From Candidatus Sumerlaeaceae bacterium (GTDB lineage Bacteria; Sumerlaeota; Sumerlaeia; Sumerlaeales; Sumerlaeaceae): 64,000 bases of DNA. Position 1 is the stretch's first letter. Every line of letters starts with the position of its first letter. The position numbers were made by a program, and so were the translations under genes. Below are positions 19,078 through 29,769 of the stretch, piece by piece. The notes beneath the pieces were generated by a model. The model made no database searches, had not been told where the DNA came from, and saw only the letters and a list, made by a program, of their open reading frames with translations. Location: assembly GCA_019695055.1 (NCBI GenBank), contig JAIBAT010000150.1, positions 35,543 to 99,542 on the forward strand, in the 5' to 3' direction.

Positions 19078-21492
19078 ATGGTTGTGAGGGGGATTTTCGT
19101 GCCCAGTTTGTCTCAAAAGTTTACCAGGTTTCTTGCCGGGGCTGCGCTGATTGTGTGGGCCGGAATGTGCGGTTCGAGCGTCGCGCAGACCCCTGAGGTG
19201 CGCGCCATGTGGGTGTCGCGGTTTGAGTGGCCCAGCGCCAGCCAGACGATAGCGAAGGCCAACATCGACCAGATCATGGCCGATATCGATAACAACAATT
19301 TCAACACGGTGCTGTTCCAAGTGCGCGGGCAGTGCGACGTGCACTATCCTTCGCCGGACGAGCCATGGACGAACACCTACAGTTGGGCGAATCCGGGCTG
19401 GGACCCGCTGGCTTATGCGATAGCATCGGCCCATTCGCGGGGGCTGGAACTGCACGCTTACATCAACACGCACACGCTGGCGGCCAGTGTGCCGCCGGGG
19501 TCCACGACACCGCAGCATCCGTACAACCTGCATGGGCCCAGCGCGCCGGGCGAGCAGAGCTGGATGATTCGCGATTCCGGCGGCAACGCGGGGCTGGTGG
19601 ACAGTTACTACTGGATCAGCCCGGCCAACACGGAGGCGAGCGCGTGGACGCGCAAGCAGATCATGTATATTGTCAAAAACTATGACGTGGACGGTGTGCA
19701 TTTTGACCGCATCCGCAGCCCGGGAAGCACGTACACCTATGACGCGGCGACGCAGCGGCGCTTCAACAACGGGCAGGTGGGGGACACAAACCCGGACGGG
19801 CTGGCGCTGGGGGATTTCATGCGAAGCCAGATCACGCGGGACCTGCGCAATATCCAGGGGGAGATTCTTTACTGGAATGCCCAGCAGCCGACGCGGCCGC
19901 GGGTGAAGACGTCGGCGGCGCCGTTCGGCATCGTATACAAGGACGGAACCACCCACTACCAGGGCACGGGCACACAGAGCTACCACAGCTGGTACCAGGA
20001 CAGCTGGGGATGGCTGCAGTATCACACGCTCGATTTCATGGTTCCGCAAATCTATTGGAATATCGGGAGCGCGCATCCGTTTGAGTTGCTGCTGCAGGAC
20101 TGGATGGAGCACACAGGCGGGCGATTCATTGTCGCGGGGAGCACGACCGGGAGCGGGAGCGAGACACTCTTCAACCTGCTGGACGAGCAGCAGGAAACGC
20201 GCCTGCAGGGCGCGGCGGGGCATTGCCTGTTTTCCGTGAGCAGCATGGGCTCCTATTGGAGCGGGTTCAGCTCCACCGGCGATCCGGGCCCGCCGGTCAT
20301 CCCGGCGCCGTACGACCAACCGACCACGGTTCCCGTCATGCCATGGAAAACCAGTCCCACGAGCGGGACCATCGTGGGGACGATCGTGAACCAGGCCGGG
20401 CAGCAAGTGGTGGATGCGAAGATCAACCTGACGGGCGACATATTCCAGAGCCCCCTCGGCGGGCCGTATAATTATCTGTCGGCGCACGATGGATTCTTCG
20501 CGATTCTCGACGTGACGAGCGGGAGCGCCCACCTGCTGACGGCAAGCAAGACGGGCGTGGGGCGCGGGCGCGCGGCCAACGTTTCGGTGGGGGCCGGGGG
20601 CGTGACGTCCGTCACCATCGTGCTGGCGAACCGGGAGGGCAGCCTGGCGTTTGGCCAAGGGAGCTATGTGGTGGGAACCACGGCGACGTTGAGCCTGACG
20701 GACGAGGACCTCTCGGGCAACGGGACAACGACGGTTACGGTAAAGAGCGTGCGGGAAACCACGCCGGAGACAATCACGCTGACGGAAAGCATGACGACGG
20801 CGGGACTCTTTACGGGGAATGTGTTCCTCAGTGGCAGTACCGTGGTGAACGGCGACGGCAAGGTCCAGGTCAACAACACCGACACGCTGACGGCGTCGTA
20901 TTTCGACGCGGATATTGGCGACGGCTCATCGCAGACGACAACGGCCACGGCATCGGTGGCGTTGCCGGGTCCCATCATTTTGGAAAGCCGGACGTCGGGG
21001 GGCGGGCTGACGGCGGCGCCGACCTATGAGGAACTGACGGGAAGCGGCTGGACGAACACGACGGCCAAAAGCACCGCGAGCGGCCTGACGGGTTCTGGCG
21101 GGCGGTTCATTGGGAATGGCGGTTATGGCGCCGTGGCTGTGTTCCGCACGACGATTGCTGTTGGCGGGTATTACGACATCGCCGTCACTGAACCCAACCA
21201 GACGAACGGCCCGAATGTGAGCTCGCCGGGGGCGGGGTGGCGCATCACCCACGATGGTCCGGGCGGAGAAACATTGGGCAGCGTGGACCTCGTCTGCACA
21301 AACACCCTGATCGCAAACCAGTGGCTGACGCTGGCCACCAATGTGCCTTACAATGCGGGGACGCAGGCGACTGTCACCTTTACCAATAATCACCTCGGGA
21401 CCGCCGGCACGCTGGGGAGATTCAATATGGATGCGGTACGATTCAGCATCAATTACGCGCCGGTGGCCGTGACGCGCTGGGAGCTGGAGTAG
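19078..21492 (+). CDS. Secreted GHL10 (glycoside-hydrolase-like family 10, YngK-like) protein with C-terminal beta-sandwich/Ig-like domains
   Basis: A signal peptide is present. The TIM-barrel-like region (RAMWVSRFEWPS...NFNTVLFQVRGQCDVHYPS...WDPLAYAIASAHSRGLELHAYIN...HFDRIR) parallels the paralog at 47907. The C-terminal roughly 400 aa are Thr/Gly-rich beta-strand repeats. Confidence 0.55.
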   Translation: MVVRGIFVPSLSQKFTRFLAGAALIVWAGMCGSSVAQTPEVRAMWVSRFEWPSASQTIAKANIDQIMADIDNNNFNTVLFQVRGQCDVHYPSPDEPWTNTYSWANPGWDPLAYAIASAHSRGLELHAYINTHTLAASVPPGSTTPQHPYNLHGPSAPGEQSWMIRDSGGNAGLVDSYYWISPANTEASAWTRKQIMYIVKNYDVDGVHFDRIRSPGSTYTYDAATQRRFNNGQVGDTNPDGLALGDFMRSQITRDLRNIQGEILYWNAQQPTRPRVKTSAAPFGIVYKDGTTHYQGTGTQSYHSWYQDSWGWLQYHTLDFMVPQIYWNIGSAHPFELLLQDWMEHTGGRFIVAGSTTGSGSETLFNLLDEQQETRLQGAAGHCLFSVSSMGSYWSGFSSTGDPGPPVIPAPYDQPTTVPVMPWKTSPTSGTIVGTIVNQAGQQVVDAKINLTGDIFQSPLGGPYNYLSAHDGFFAILDVTSGSAHLLTASKTGVGRGRAANVSVGAGGVTSVTIVLANREGSLAFGQGSYVVGTTATLSLTDEDLSGNGTTTVTVKSVRETTPETITLTESMTTAGLFTGNVFLSGSTVVNGDGKVQVNNTDTLTASYFDADIGDGSSQTTTATASVALPGPIILESRTSGGGLTAAPTYEELTGSGWTNTTAKSTASGLTGSGGRFIGNGGYGAVAVFRTTIAVGGYYDIAVTEPNQTNGPNVSSPGAGWRITHDGPGGETLGSVDLVCTNTLIANQWLTLATNVPYNAGTQATVTFTNNHLGTAGTLGRFNMDAVRFSINYAPVAVTRWELE

Positions 21493-21498
21493 GCGCAA

Positions 21499-22305
21499 TC
21501 AGGGATCGGGCGAACCGGAGGAATCGGTCCGCGACGGATTCGCAAGCAGGGTTTTGATTTCCGCGAGGTCCTGGCGCATTGTGGCGAGTTCGGCGTCGCT
21601 CTTTTCCCGCTCCGGCGCGAGAAACCACGACGCGATGAATCCGGAGAGGGTGCCGAACAGGCCGACGCCGGAGATCATGAGAATGATGCCAAGCACGCGG
21701 CCCTCGGAAGTGACGGGAAAGCGGTCGCCGTAGCCGACGGTGGTGATGGTGACGACGGCCCACCAGAAGGCGTCCTCGGGGGTCTTGATGTTGCCTTCGT
21801 CCACCTCGAAGTGAAGCGCGCCGATGGCGGCAACGGTGACGAGGATGAGCGAGAGAAGCGTGGCGGCGAGGAAGGCGCTTTGGGCGCGGCGCTCGAGGGC
21901 AAAATGGGAGATGATGCGGGCGGCCTTGACGGCCCGAAGGATGCGGAAGATACGCAGGATGCGAGTGGTGCGGGCGGCGCGAAGATAGTCGACAGTGGGA
22001 ATGCACGACGCGAGGTCCAGCCATCCCCAGGTGGCGAAATAGCGCCACTTGTTACGGGCGCGGGCGAACTGGATGAGGAAGTCGCCGAAAAAGAGCGCAC
22101 AGACGATGTTGTCGGCGTAGTTGAGTATCACGCGCACGGAGGGTTCGGGCTTGGCGACCACGTCCACCAGGAGCAGGGCCAGGGCCAGCAGACTGAGGAC
22201 GAGCATGAACACCAGATAGGGGTGGTTCACCTGTTTTTCCGGAATTGATCCGGCGGGCATCGCGGTCCCGGGCTGAAGGCATTCCGATCCGGCGGTTGTG
22301 GACAT
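21499..22305 (-). CDS. Voltage-gated potassium channel (6TM, KvAP-like)
   Basis: An S4 voltage-sensor helix has Arg at every third position ([19 protein letters not shown]). The selectivity filter is TITTVGYGD. 268 aa. Confidence 0.75.
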   Translation of the reverse strand: MSTTAGSECLQPGTAMPAGSIPEKQVNHPYLVFMLVLSLLALALLLVDVVAKPEPSVRVILNYADNIVCALFFGDFLIQFARARNKWRYFATWGWLDLASCIPTVDYLRAARTTRILRIFRILRAVKAARIISHFALERRAQSAFLAATLLSLILVTVAAIGALHFEVDEGNIKTPEDAFWWAVVTITTVGYGDRFPVTSEGRVLGIILMISGVGLFGTLSGFIASWFLAPEREKSDAELATMRQDLAEIKTLLANPSRTDSSGSPDP

Positions 22306-22446
22306 TGCTGTGGGAGACTCCCTTTTCCAATTTTCCTGCGAAAGGGGTGGTTACGACAGGCCGGAATGGAAACTCAAGGCGTATGGTCGCGGAAATGAGT
22401 CTGGTGTGTGGGTGCACGGACAGGAGTGTCCGTGCCACGGGGAAGG

Positions 22447-23649
<1,203 letters not shown>

Positions 23650-23670
23650 GAAATCCTCAATTGCTGGAAT

Positions 23671-25008
23671 CTACGCTCTTGCCGCGACCCGGGGAAGTGC
23701 TTCGCGAGCCTTTTGAAAACCTGCGTACAGCACTTCCGTGAGGCGGTCAATCTCCGCGGTGGTCATGGGAGTCGAAATGGTGCCGGAGCACGTTCCGATC
23801 ATCATGATGCCGTTTTCGAAGGTGTAGTCGAGAAGGGTTTTCAACATCTGCGCCTCGGCGGGGGTGGGGTGGCTCTCGCGGTAATTGCGGGGCACGTGGG
23901 GTTTCATATGGATACGGAACATGGAGCCGCCGCCGGTGACGCAGGCGGGGATGTCGGCTTCGCGAATGGCGTCGGCGATCTGGCGGCGGGCACGGTCGCA
24001 GAGGGAATTCACGTGGTTCACGGCGGCGTGGTCGAAGAGGCGCATGGCTGTGAGGCCGGCCGTCATGGTGACGGGGTTGGCGGAGAAGGTGCCCGAATGC
24101 GGAAAAAGGACGTTTGGCGCGAAGGGGTCAAAGACATTCATGACGTCGGCGCGGCCAGCGAGGGCACCGACGGGGAAACCGCCGCCAATGATCTTGCCCA
24201 TGGCGGTGAGATCGGGGCGATCCTTGTACCACTGCTGGGCGCCGCCGTAGGCGGATCGAAAAGTGATGACCTCGTCGAAGACGAGGAGTGCGCCGTTGTC
24301 GCGGGTCCACTGGCGGAGGGCGGCGATGAACTCCGGATCGGCGGGGGCCATGCCCACGCGGTGCGGCAGCGGATCCACGAGAACGCAGGCGAGATCGTCG
24401 CGATGTTCGTTGAGCAGCGCGAGGGCGCGTTCGGTGTCGTTAAAGGGAATGATGACCACATCGTCGAGAACACCGCGGGGAGTGCCGCGGGTGACGGGCA
24501 CGCTGACGGGGTGGGTTTCGTCGCCCCAATTGGCAGGCTGGGCGGTTTGGCTGACCTCGGCGTAATCGTAAACGCCATGATAGGCGCCCTCGACCTTGGC
24601 CATCTTGGGGCGCTGGGTGAAGGCGCGGGCGGCCTTGAGGCTGCACATGACGGCCTCGGTGCCTGAATTGACGAAACGGATCTTCTCGAAACTCTCGGAG
24701 CGGCTGACGAGATGTTCGGCGTATTCGACTTCGATCTCGGTGGCGAAATTGTAAGCGGTGCCCCTGGGAAGTTGGGCCGTGACGGCGGCGACGATGGCTG
24801 GATGGGCGTGGCCATGGATAAGGGACGCCATGTTGTTGGCGAAGTCGATGCGGCGATTGCCCTCGACGTCCGTGACAACACAGCCCTGCGCCACGGCGGC
24901 GTAACAGGGGTGAGGTTTGCGAATCACGGCGTTTCGGCTCGCGCCCCCGGGCAGCACCTTTAGTGCCCTTTGGAAGATTTCCTCACTGCGAGTCTGCTTT
25001 GCATTCAT
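23671..25008 (-). CDS. Class-III (GSA-aminomutase-like) PLP-dependent aminotransferase; candidate beta-amino-acid transaminase
   Basis: HemL-family pattern is present: VLPGGASR, GxH motif, and FDEVITFRSAYGG...GKIIGGGFPVGA (PLP-lysine region). The likely start is MNAKQTR; the ORF table extends further to 25092. Confidence 0.7.
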   Translation of the reverse strand: MNAKQTRSEEIFQRALKVLPGGASRNAVIRKPHPCYAAVAQGCVVTDVEGNRRIDFANNMASLIHGHAHPAIVAAVTAQLPRGTAYNFATEIEVEYAEHLVSRSESFEKIRFVNSGTEAVMCSLKAARAFTQRPKMAKVEGAYHGVYDYAEVSQTAQPANWGDETHPVSVPVTRGTPRGVLDDVVIIPFNDTERALALLNEHRDDLACVLVDPLPHRVGMAPADPEFIAALRQWTRDNGALLVFDEVITFRSAYGGAQQWYKDRPDLTAMGKIIGGGFPVGALAGRADVMNVFDPFAPNVLFPHSGTFSANPVTMTAGLTAMRLFDHAAVNHVNSLCDRARRQIADAIREADIPACVTGGGSMFRIHMKPHVPRNYRESHPTPAEAQMLKTLLDYTFENGIMMIGTCSGTISTPMTTAEIDRLTEVLYAGFQKAREALPRVAARA

Positions 25009-25030
25009 GATGATTGAACCCCTCCCCGGC

Positions 25031-25729
25031 TCAGGCCTTTGCCTGCAGTTTGGCGCGACCGTCAATGAGCGGCGCGCCGGTTTTTGCTGCAAGATCCTCC
25101 CACGAGACGCCGGGCGCCACGGCGGTGACGACGAGGCCCTCGGGGCGAACGTCGATCACGGCGAGATTCGTGTAAATGCGCCCCACAACCCGCAGGCCGG
25201 TGAGGGGGTAGGTGCATTTCCCGACAATTTTCGGGGCACCGGATTTCGTGTTGTGCTCCGTGAGTATAAAAACTGTTTTTACGCCGGCCACAAGATCCAT
25301 GGCGCCGCCAACGGCTGGAATGGCGTCGGGTTCGCCGGTGGACCAGTTGGCGAGGTCGCCGTTGCCGGCGACCTGGAACGCACCGAGCACGCAGATGTCG
25401 ATGTGGCCGCCGCGGATCATGGAGAAACTGTCGGCGTGGTGAAAGAAGGCGGCGCCAGGAATTGCGGTGACGGGTTTCTTGCCGGCGTTGATGAGTTCGG
25501 GGTCCTCCTGGCCTGCGGCGGGGGCCGGGCCGACGCCAAGCAAACCATTTTCTGTGTGGAGTATGATTTCGCGACCGGCGGGCACATGCTGGGCGACGAG
25601 TTCCGGAATTCCGATGCCGAGGTTTACGTAGGAACCGTCCGGGATGTCGAGGGCGGCGAGGCGGGCCATGTCATCGCGAGTCCAGCCGATTGCTGCGGGT
25701 TTGGCAGGTTTTGCGGGTGCGGTGGTCAC
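25031..25729 (-). CDS. 3-oxoacid CoA-transferase subunit B
   Basis: Subunit-B hallmarks are present: NLGIGIPELVA and SENG-like ILHTENGLLGVG. The probable GTG start (VTTAPAK) overlaps the subunit A stop in a GTGA arrangement. The ORF-table ATG at 25894 would overlap subunit A by 170 bp. Confidence 0.75.
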   Translation of the reverse strand: MTTAPAKPAKPAAIGWTRDDMARLAALDIPDGSYVNLGIGIPELVAQHVPAGREIILHTENGLLGVGPAPAAGQEDPELINAGKKPVTAIPGAAFFHHADSFSMIRGGHIDICVLGAFQVAGNGDLANWSTGEPDAIPAVGGAMDLVAGVKTVFILTEHNTKSGAPKIVGKCTYPLTGLRVVGRIYTNLAVIDVRPEGLVVTAVAPGVSWEDLAAKTGAPLIDGRAKLQAKA

Positions 25730-26436
25730 GGGTAGCAGGCTCCTTCGCGGACAAGTTGGGACTCCTGGGCCGGCTCGGGGATCACGACGACGCGTTTCAC
25801 GAAAATACCGGGCGTGACGATGGCCTCGGGGTCGATGCCTCCGGGTTCGCGCATTTCGCGGACCTGCACGATGGAGGTGCGGGCGGCCATGCACATAATG
25901 GGGCCGAAGTTGCGGGCGGTCTTGTTGAAAGTGAGGTTCCCGTAGCGATCGGCGAGGTTCGCCATGACAAGGGCAAAGTCGGCACGGAGGCCGTGCTCAA
26001 GGACGTACTCGGTACCATTGAAGTTGCGGTGCTCCTTGCCCTCGCCGAGCTGGGTGCCGACGGCGGTGGGCGTGTAGAAGGCGGGGATGCCGGCGCCGCC
26101 GGCGCGGATGCGCTCGGCGAGGGTGCCCTGGGGCACCAGTTCGAGCTCGATGTTGCCGGCGCGATAGAGTTCGGGAAAAACGGTGGAGTTGGCCGTGCGC
26201 GGGAAGGAGCAGATCATTTTGCGGACCTGCTTGTTCTCGATGAGCGCGGCGAGTCCGACGTGGCCGCTGCCGGTGTTGTTGCTGACGACCGTTAGGTCGC
26301 GGGAGCCGCGGTCAATGAGCGCGTGGATCAGTTCAATGGGGCTGCCGGCCTCCCCAAACCCCCCAATCATGACGGTGGCGCCGTCGTGGATGTCTGCGAC
26401 CGCCTCGGCGGCCGAGCCCACCCTTTTGTTAATCAT
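25726..26436 (-). CDS. 3-oxoacid CoA-transferase subunit A
   Basis: 236 aa. MINKRVGSAAEAVADIHDGATVMIGGFG...GSPIELIHALIDRG is typical of ScoA/PcaI/AtoD. Confidence 0.8.
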   Translation of the reverse strand: MINKRVGSAAEAVADIHDGATVMIGGFGEAGSPIELIHALIDRGSRDLTVVSNNTGSGHVGLAALIENKQVRKMICSFPRTANSTVFPELYRAGNIELELVPQGTLAERIRAGGAGIPAFYTPTAVGTQLGEGKEHRNFNGTEYVLEHGLRADFALVMANLADRYGNLTFNKTARNFGPIMCMAARTSIVQVREMREPGGIDPEAIVTPGIFVKRVVVIPEPAQESQLVREGACYP

Positions 26437-26473
26437 ACTATTTCATGACTCCTTGAAGCAGGTACCAAAGATG

Positions 26474-28075
26474 CTAGTGCTCCTCGCCGTGAATTTCCAT
26501 GAGTTTGTTCTCAATGTGCCTGAGTTCGCCCTCGAAAAAGAACTCGTCGGTATCGAACGGCTCGAGGAAATCCACGCGGTTCTCTGTGGCGTTCCACTTG
26601 GCGAGAAAGACTCGGTCCATCCATTTCATGTTTCGGGCCTCGGTGAACTTGAGGGCGAAGGTCTTCTGGCCGCCAACGATGCAGGTGCCGAGGATCGACA
26701 TTTTTCCGGCGGAGGTGGTCATGGAAATGTAGCGCGACGGGCGGTTGATGGAGGGAAGCGAGCGGAAAATGAGGTTTGAAATTTGCTCCACGTCGGCGAG
26801 TGGCGCGGTGAAGTAGTGATGCTCGCCTGTGGGGCGGGCGCAGTACATGGAATGGAAGCCGATGCCGAGGGGGGCAAGAATGTTCGCGAGATCGATCCAG
26901 TTTTGGGCCGATTTCTCGATGTTCACGGTGCCGTCGTCGTTGCAGAAGAGGCTGATGTGGTTCATCATGGGGCTCTGGCTGCGGACGACCACGCCGTGGC
27001 GCTGGAGGCGACGGATAGCTGCGATGGTGCTGGGATTCAGCAACTCGCGAGGCGTGGAGAAGTGGGCCATCCAGGCGAGTTGTACGCCGGCCACGGTGAC
27101 TTTGTCGAAAACGGCGAGCATCTTGTCGTAGGAATGGGACAGGATCATCTCGGGCTGGTAAGTCAGCGCGCGGGAGGCAAGGCGGACGGTACGGATGTGG
27201 AGAAGCGACCGGTCTTCGAGGATGGGGGTCACATAATTGGAGAGGCGCGTTGGGGGCATGTAGCCTGCGTCGCCACCGGTAATGAGGAGGTCGGTAACCT
27301 CGGTATGCTGGCGGAGGTAGGCGTGAACCTGATCCACGTCGCGCTGGAGAAACATGTCCTCGTCCCCGCGCACCTGGGCATGTCGGAAACAGTAGGTGCA
27401 AAACGCGAAACAGTTTTGGGTCGTCTTGTCGAAAATGAGCTGGCACTGCGGATACTTGTGTTGGCTGCCGTCGAGGACGTCGATGCCGCCGTCCTGGTTT
27501 TCGAGCCAGGGCTTGTTGAGAAGCTGGTGACCGTCGTGGGGGTTTGTTTTCTCGGTGTATTCGGTGACGATGCGCTCGCGCTCGGCGTCGGTGGTGGCAG
27601 CTTCGTAGGCTTTCACGACGTCCGCGTTGATCATTTTCGGCTGGGGAAAGACGAGTTGGAAGATGGAATCCTTTTCGTAGGAGTTCCAATTGATGCAGTT
27701 AAGGGCATGGCGGGTGGCGAGGAAGCGGTAAACCTCAATAAAGAGTTCGCGCTCCTTGATGTGGCCGATGGAGATGCCGTGGCTTTCCAGGATTTGAACC
27801 ACTTCCCGGAATCCCTCGAGACCGGTGTATTGCGTGCGCCCCTGAAACAGGAAGGGCATGGTTTCCATGAAACCGGAATGCCGGGGATAGGTGGCGTGGA
27901 GGCGACTCAGGAGGCCGGCCGGGAGCAGGTTTTCGGTGTGGATGATTTCCCGGGTTTCGTCGTCGTAGCCGTACCGGTCCATCATTCGGTCGATATCCGC
28001 ACGGGTGACCGTGCTGCCAATGGGATCGGTCCGGTCGGAAACCGGTGATTCTACGACTCCGGGTGTGCTCATGGG
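26474..28075 (-). CDS. KamA-family radical-SAM amino acid 2,3-aminomutase (lysine/glutamate 2,3-aminomutase-like) with an N-terminal extension
   Basis: The CxxxCxxC radical-SAM cluster motif is embedded in the KamA signature CFAFCTYCFRHAQV. Downstream there is a TGGDAGYMPP-like element. The start is uncertain: MSTPG at about 28075 versus the ORF-table start at 28198. Confidence 0.7.
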   Translation of the reverse strand, partial: PMSTPGVVESPVSDRTDPIGSTVTRADIDRMMDRYGYDDETREIIHTENLLPAGLLSRLHATYPRHSGFMETMPFLFQGRTQYTGLEGFREVVQILESHGISIGHIKERELFIEVYRFLATRHALNCINWNSYEKDSIFQLVFPQPKMINADVVKAYEAATTDAERERIVTEYTEKTNPHDGHQLLNKPWLENQDGGIDVLDGSQHKYPQCQLIFDKTTQNCFAFCTYCFRHAQVRGDEDMFLQRDVDQVHAYLRQHTEVTDLLITGGDAGYMPPTRLSNYVTPILEDRSLLHIRTVRLASRALTYQPEMILSHSYDKMLAVFDKVTVAGVQLAWMAHFSTPRELLNPSTIAAIRRLQRHGVVVRSQSPMMNHISLFCNDDGTVNIEKSAQNWIDLANILAPLGIGFHSMYCARPTGEHHYFTAPLADVEQISNLIFRSLPSINRPSRYISMTTSAGKMSILGTCIVGGQKTFALKFTEARNMKWMDRVFLAKWNATENRVDFLEPFDTDEFFFEGELRHIENKLMEIHGEEH

Positions 28076-28381
28076 TCCCCCCAAGCTAAGAGTATTCTCC
28101 AGCTTCACCCGGCTGGCCGCTGCACCGGCGGCACCCTTTAACCAGAAGCGAAGTCTGGCACTGCTGCACCTGTTAAACTGTACTGCAAAGGCTGGCAAAA
28201 AGTCTCAGGGGCAATGCCAAAAAAAATAAGCGGACCCATATATCCGTAATTGGCGGTCCGGAAAGGTCTGCGGGGCATGATTTTGCGAGGGAGGGTGTAT
28301 GGGAATTCTTTCCTTGAACCCCGGCGCGGGTGGTCCCCAGCGTTGGGAATCATTAATTCGCACTGAGGAGCGCCGTAACGC

Positions 28382-29623
28382 ATGAAAGCGCATGAGCTTA
28401 AGGGTCAGACCATCGCATTTGCCGGATCGGGGGGGTTGGATAGCTGCACCATAACCCGCTGGCTGACGGACCTTGGGGTCAAAGTCGTGTCGATGACGCT
28501 GGACCTGGGGCAGCCGGATGATCCGGACCTGGGGGCCGTAAAGGAGCGCATGCTGGCGGCGGGCGCGGCGGAGGCGCTGGTGCTGGACGGACGCGAACTG
28601 CTGGCGGAAGAGGGTTTGCAGGTCATCCAGGCACAGGCGCTGTACGAAGGTGACTACTGGAACACGACAGGGCTGGCGCGGCACGTGACGACGCGGATCC
28701 TGCTGAACGAGATGCGCAAGCGGGGTATCAAGCTGTTAAGCCACGGGGCCACGGGACGAGGTAATGACCAGGTGCGGTTCCAGATTGTGACGAACATGTT
28801 GGAACCGGACTACGCGGTCTATGCGCCGTGGCGCGACGACACATTTCTTGCGGCCTTTGGCGGGCGCAAGGAAATGATTGATTACTGCACGGAGCGCGGC
28901 GTGCCGGTGAAGGCGAGCCACAGCAAACCCTACAGTACAGATGCGAACATGCTGGGATTGACCCACGAAGCGGGAAAGCTGGAGTCACTGGAAGTCGGCG
29001 CGCTGGCCATCGAGCCAGAATTCGGGGTACTGCCGACACAGGCACCGGACAAAATTGAGAGCGTCGCCATCCAGTTTGAGATGGGGCGACCTGTGGCGAT
29101 CAATGGGAAGAAGATCAGCGTGCGCGAGGCCATCCAGGTTGCCAATGAGATTGGCGGGCGCAATGGCGTCGGAATCGCGCTGCACCTTGTCGAAAACCGG
29201 TTTGTGGGCATCAAGAGCCGTGGAATCTATGAAACCCCGGGCATGCATGTGCTGGGGCGGGCCTACGAGTATTTGCTGCAGCTCATCCTGGATCGGCGGT
29301 CGCGGCGGATTTTCAACCAATTGTCGGAAATGCTGGCGGAACAGATCTACCAGGGTTACTGGTACGACACGGCCAGCGAGGCGGCCAAAGGAGCCGTGGG
29401 ATCCTTTGCGCGGTTTGCAACGGGAACGATCAAGCTGGACCTTTACAAGGGTCACACGCTGTTTGGCGGCGCGACAGGCGTGACGCATTGCCTGTATTCG
29501 GAAACCGCAGCATCCATGGAGAAAGTGGGCGAGTTCAACCACGCTGACTCGGAGGGTTTCTTGAACGTGCTCGGCGTGAGCGCAAAGATCCTGGCTCGAT
29601 CGGGACAGGTTTCCCCGGATTAG
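28382..29623 (+). CDS. argG: Argininosuccinate synthase
   Basis: 413 aa. The N-terminal PP-loop is AFAGSGGLDSC. Later motifs RGNDQVRFQ and GIYETPGMHVL are typical of ArgG. Confidence 0.9.
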   Translation: MKAHELKGQTIAFAGSGGLDSCTITRWLTDLGVKVVSMTLDLGQPDDPDLGAVKERMLAAGAAEALVLDGRELLAEEGLQVIQAQALYEGDYWNTTGLARHVTTRILLNEMRKRGIKLLSHGATGRGNDQVRFQIVTNMLEPDYAVYAPWRDDTFLAAFGGRKEMIDYCTERGVPVKASHSKPYSTDANMLGLTHEAGKLESLEVGALAIEPEFGVLPTQAPDKIESVAIQFEMGRPVAINGKKISVREAIQVANEIGGRNGVGIALHLVENRFVGIKSRGIYETPGMHVLGRAYEYLLQLILDRRSRRIFNQLSEMLAEQIYQGYWYDTASEAAKGAVGSFARFATGTIKLDLYKGHTLFGGATGVTHCLYSETAASMEKVGEFNHADSEGFLNVLGVSAKILARSGQVSPD

Positions 29624-29769
29624 GGAGCTGCCGGGCAAGCCATTTTGACATTGGCTTTGGGGTTTCGGTGCTGGTAGGTTCGGCACGTATAGCATGAGTC
29701 AGGGACCACCGGCGGGCAACCTCCGGCGGTGATGGATTTGCGCCACACCCCAGTCTTTCCCACAGCAAG

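Noticed and set aside
18907-20658. A 583-aa minus-strand ORF.
   Set aside because: It is antisense to the GHL10 gene, Arg/Pro-rich and without motifs. It is a GC shadow.
25730-25894. A longer N-terminus for CoA-transferase subunit B (ORF-table start 25894).
   Set aside because: It would overlap subunit A by 170 bp. The overlapped stretch is Arg/Pro-rich and non-homologous. A GTG start giving a GTGA overlap fits the homologous N-terminus (TTAPAKP...IGWTRDDMA).
26511-28048. 392-aa (minus) and 421-aa (plus) ORFs overlapping the KamA-like gene.
   Set aside because: They are out-of-frame or antisense shadows. The frame carrying CFAFCTYCFR is the real one.
29640-29740. An imperfect hairpin CACCGGCGG-N7-CCGGCGGTG after argG.
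   Set aside because: It has a central mismatch and no trailing T-tract. It was not annotated as a terminator.
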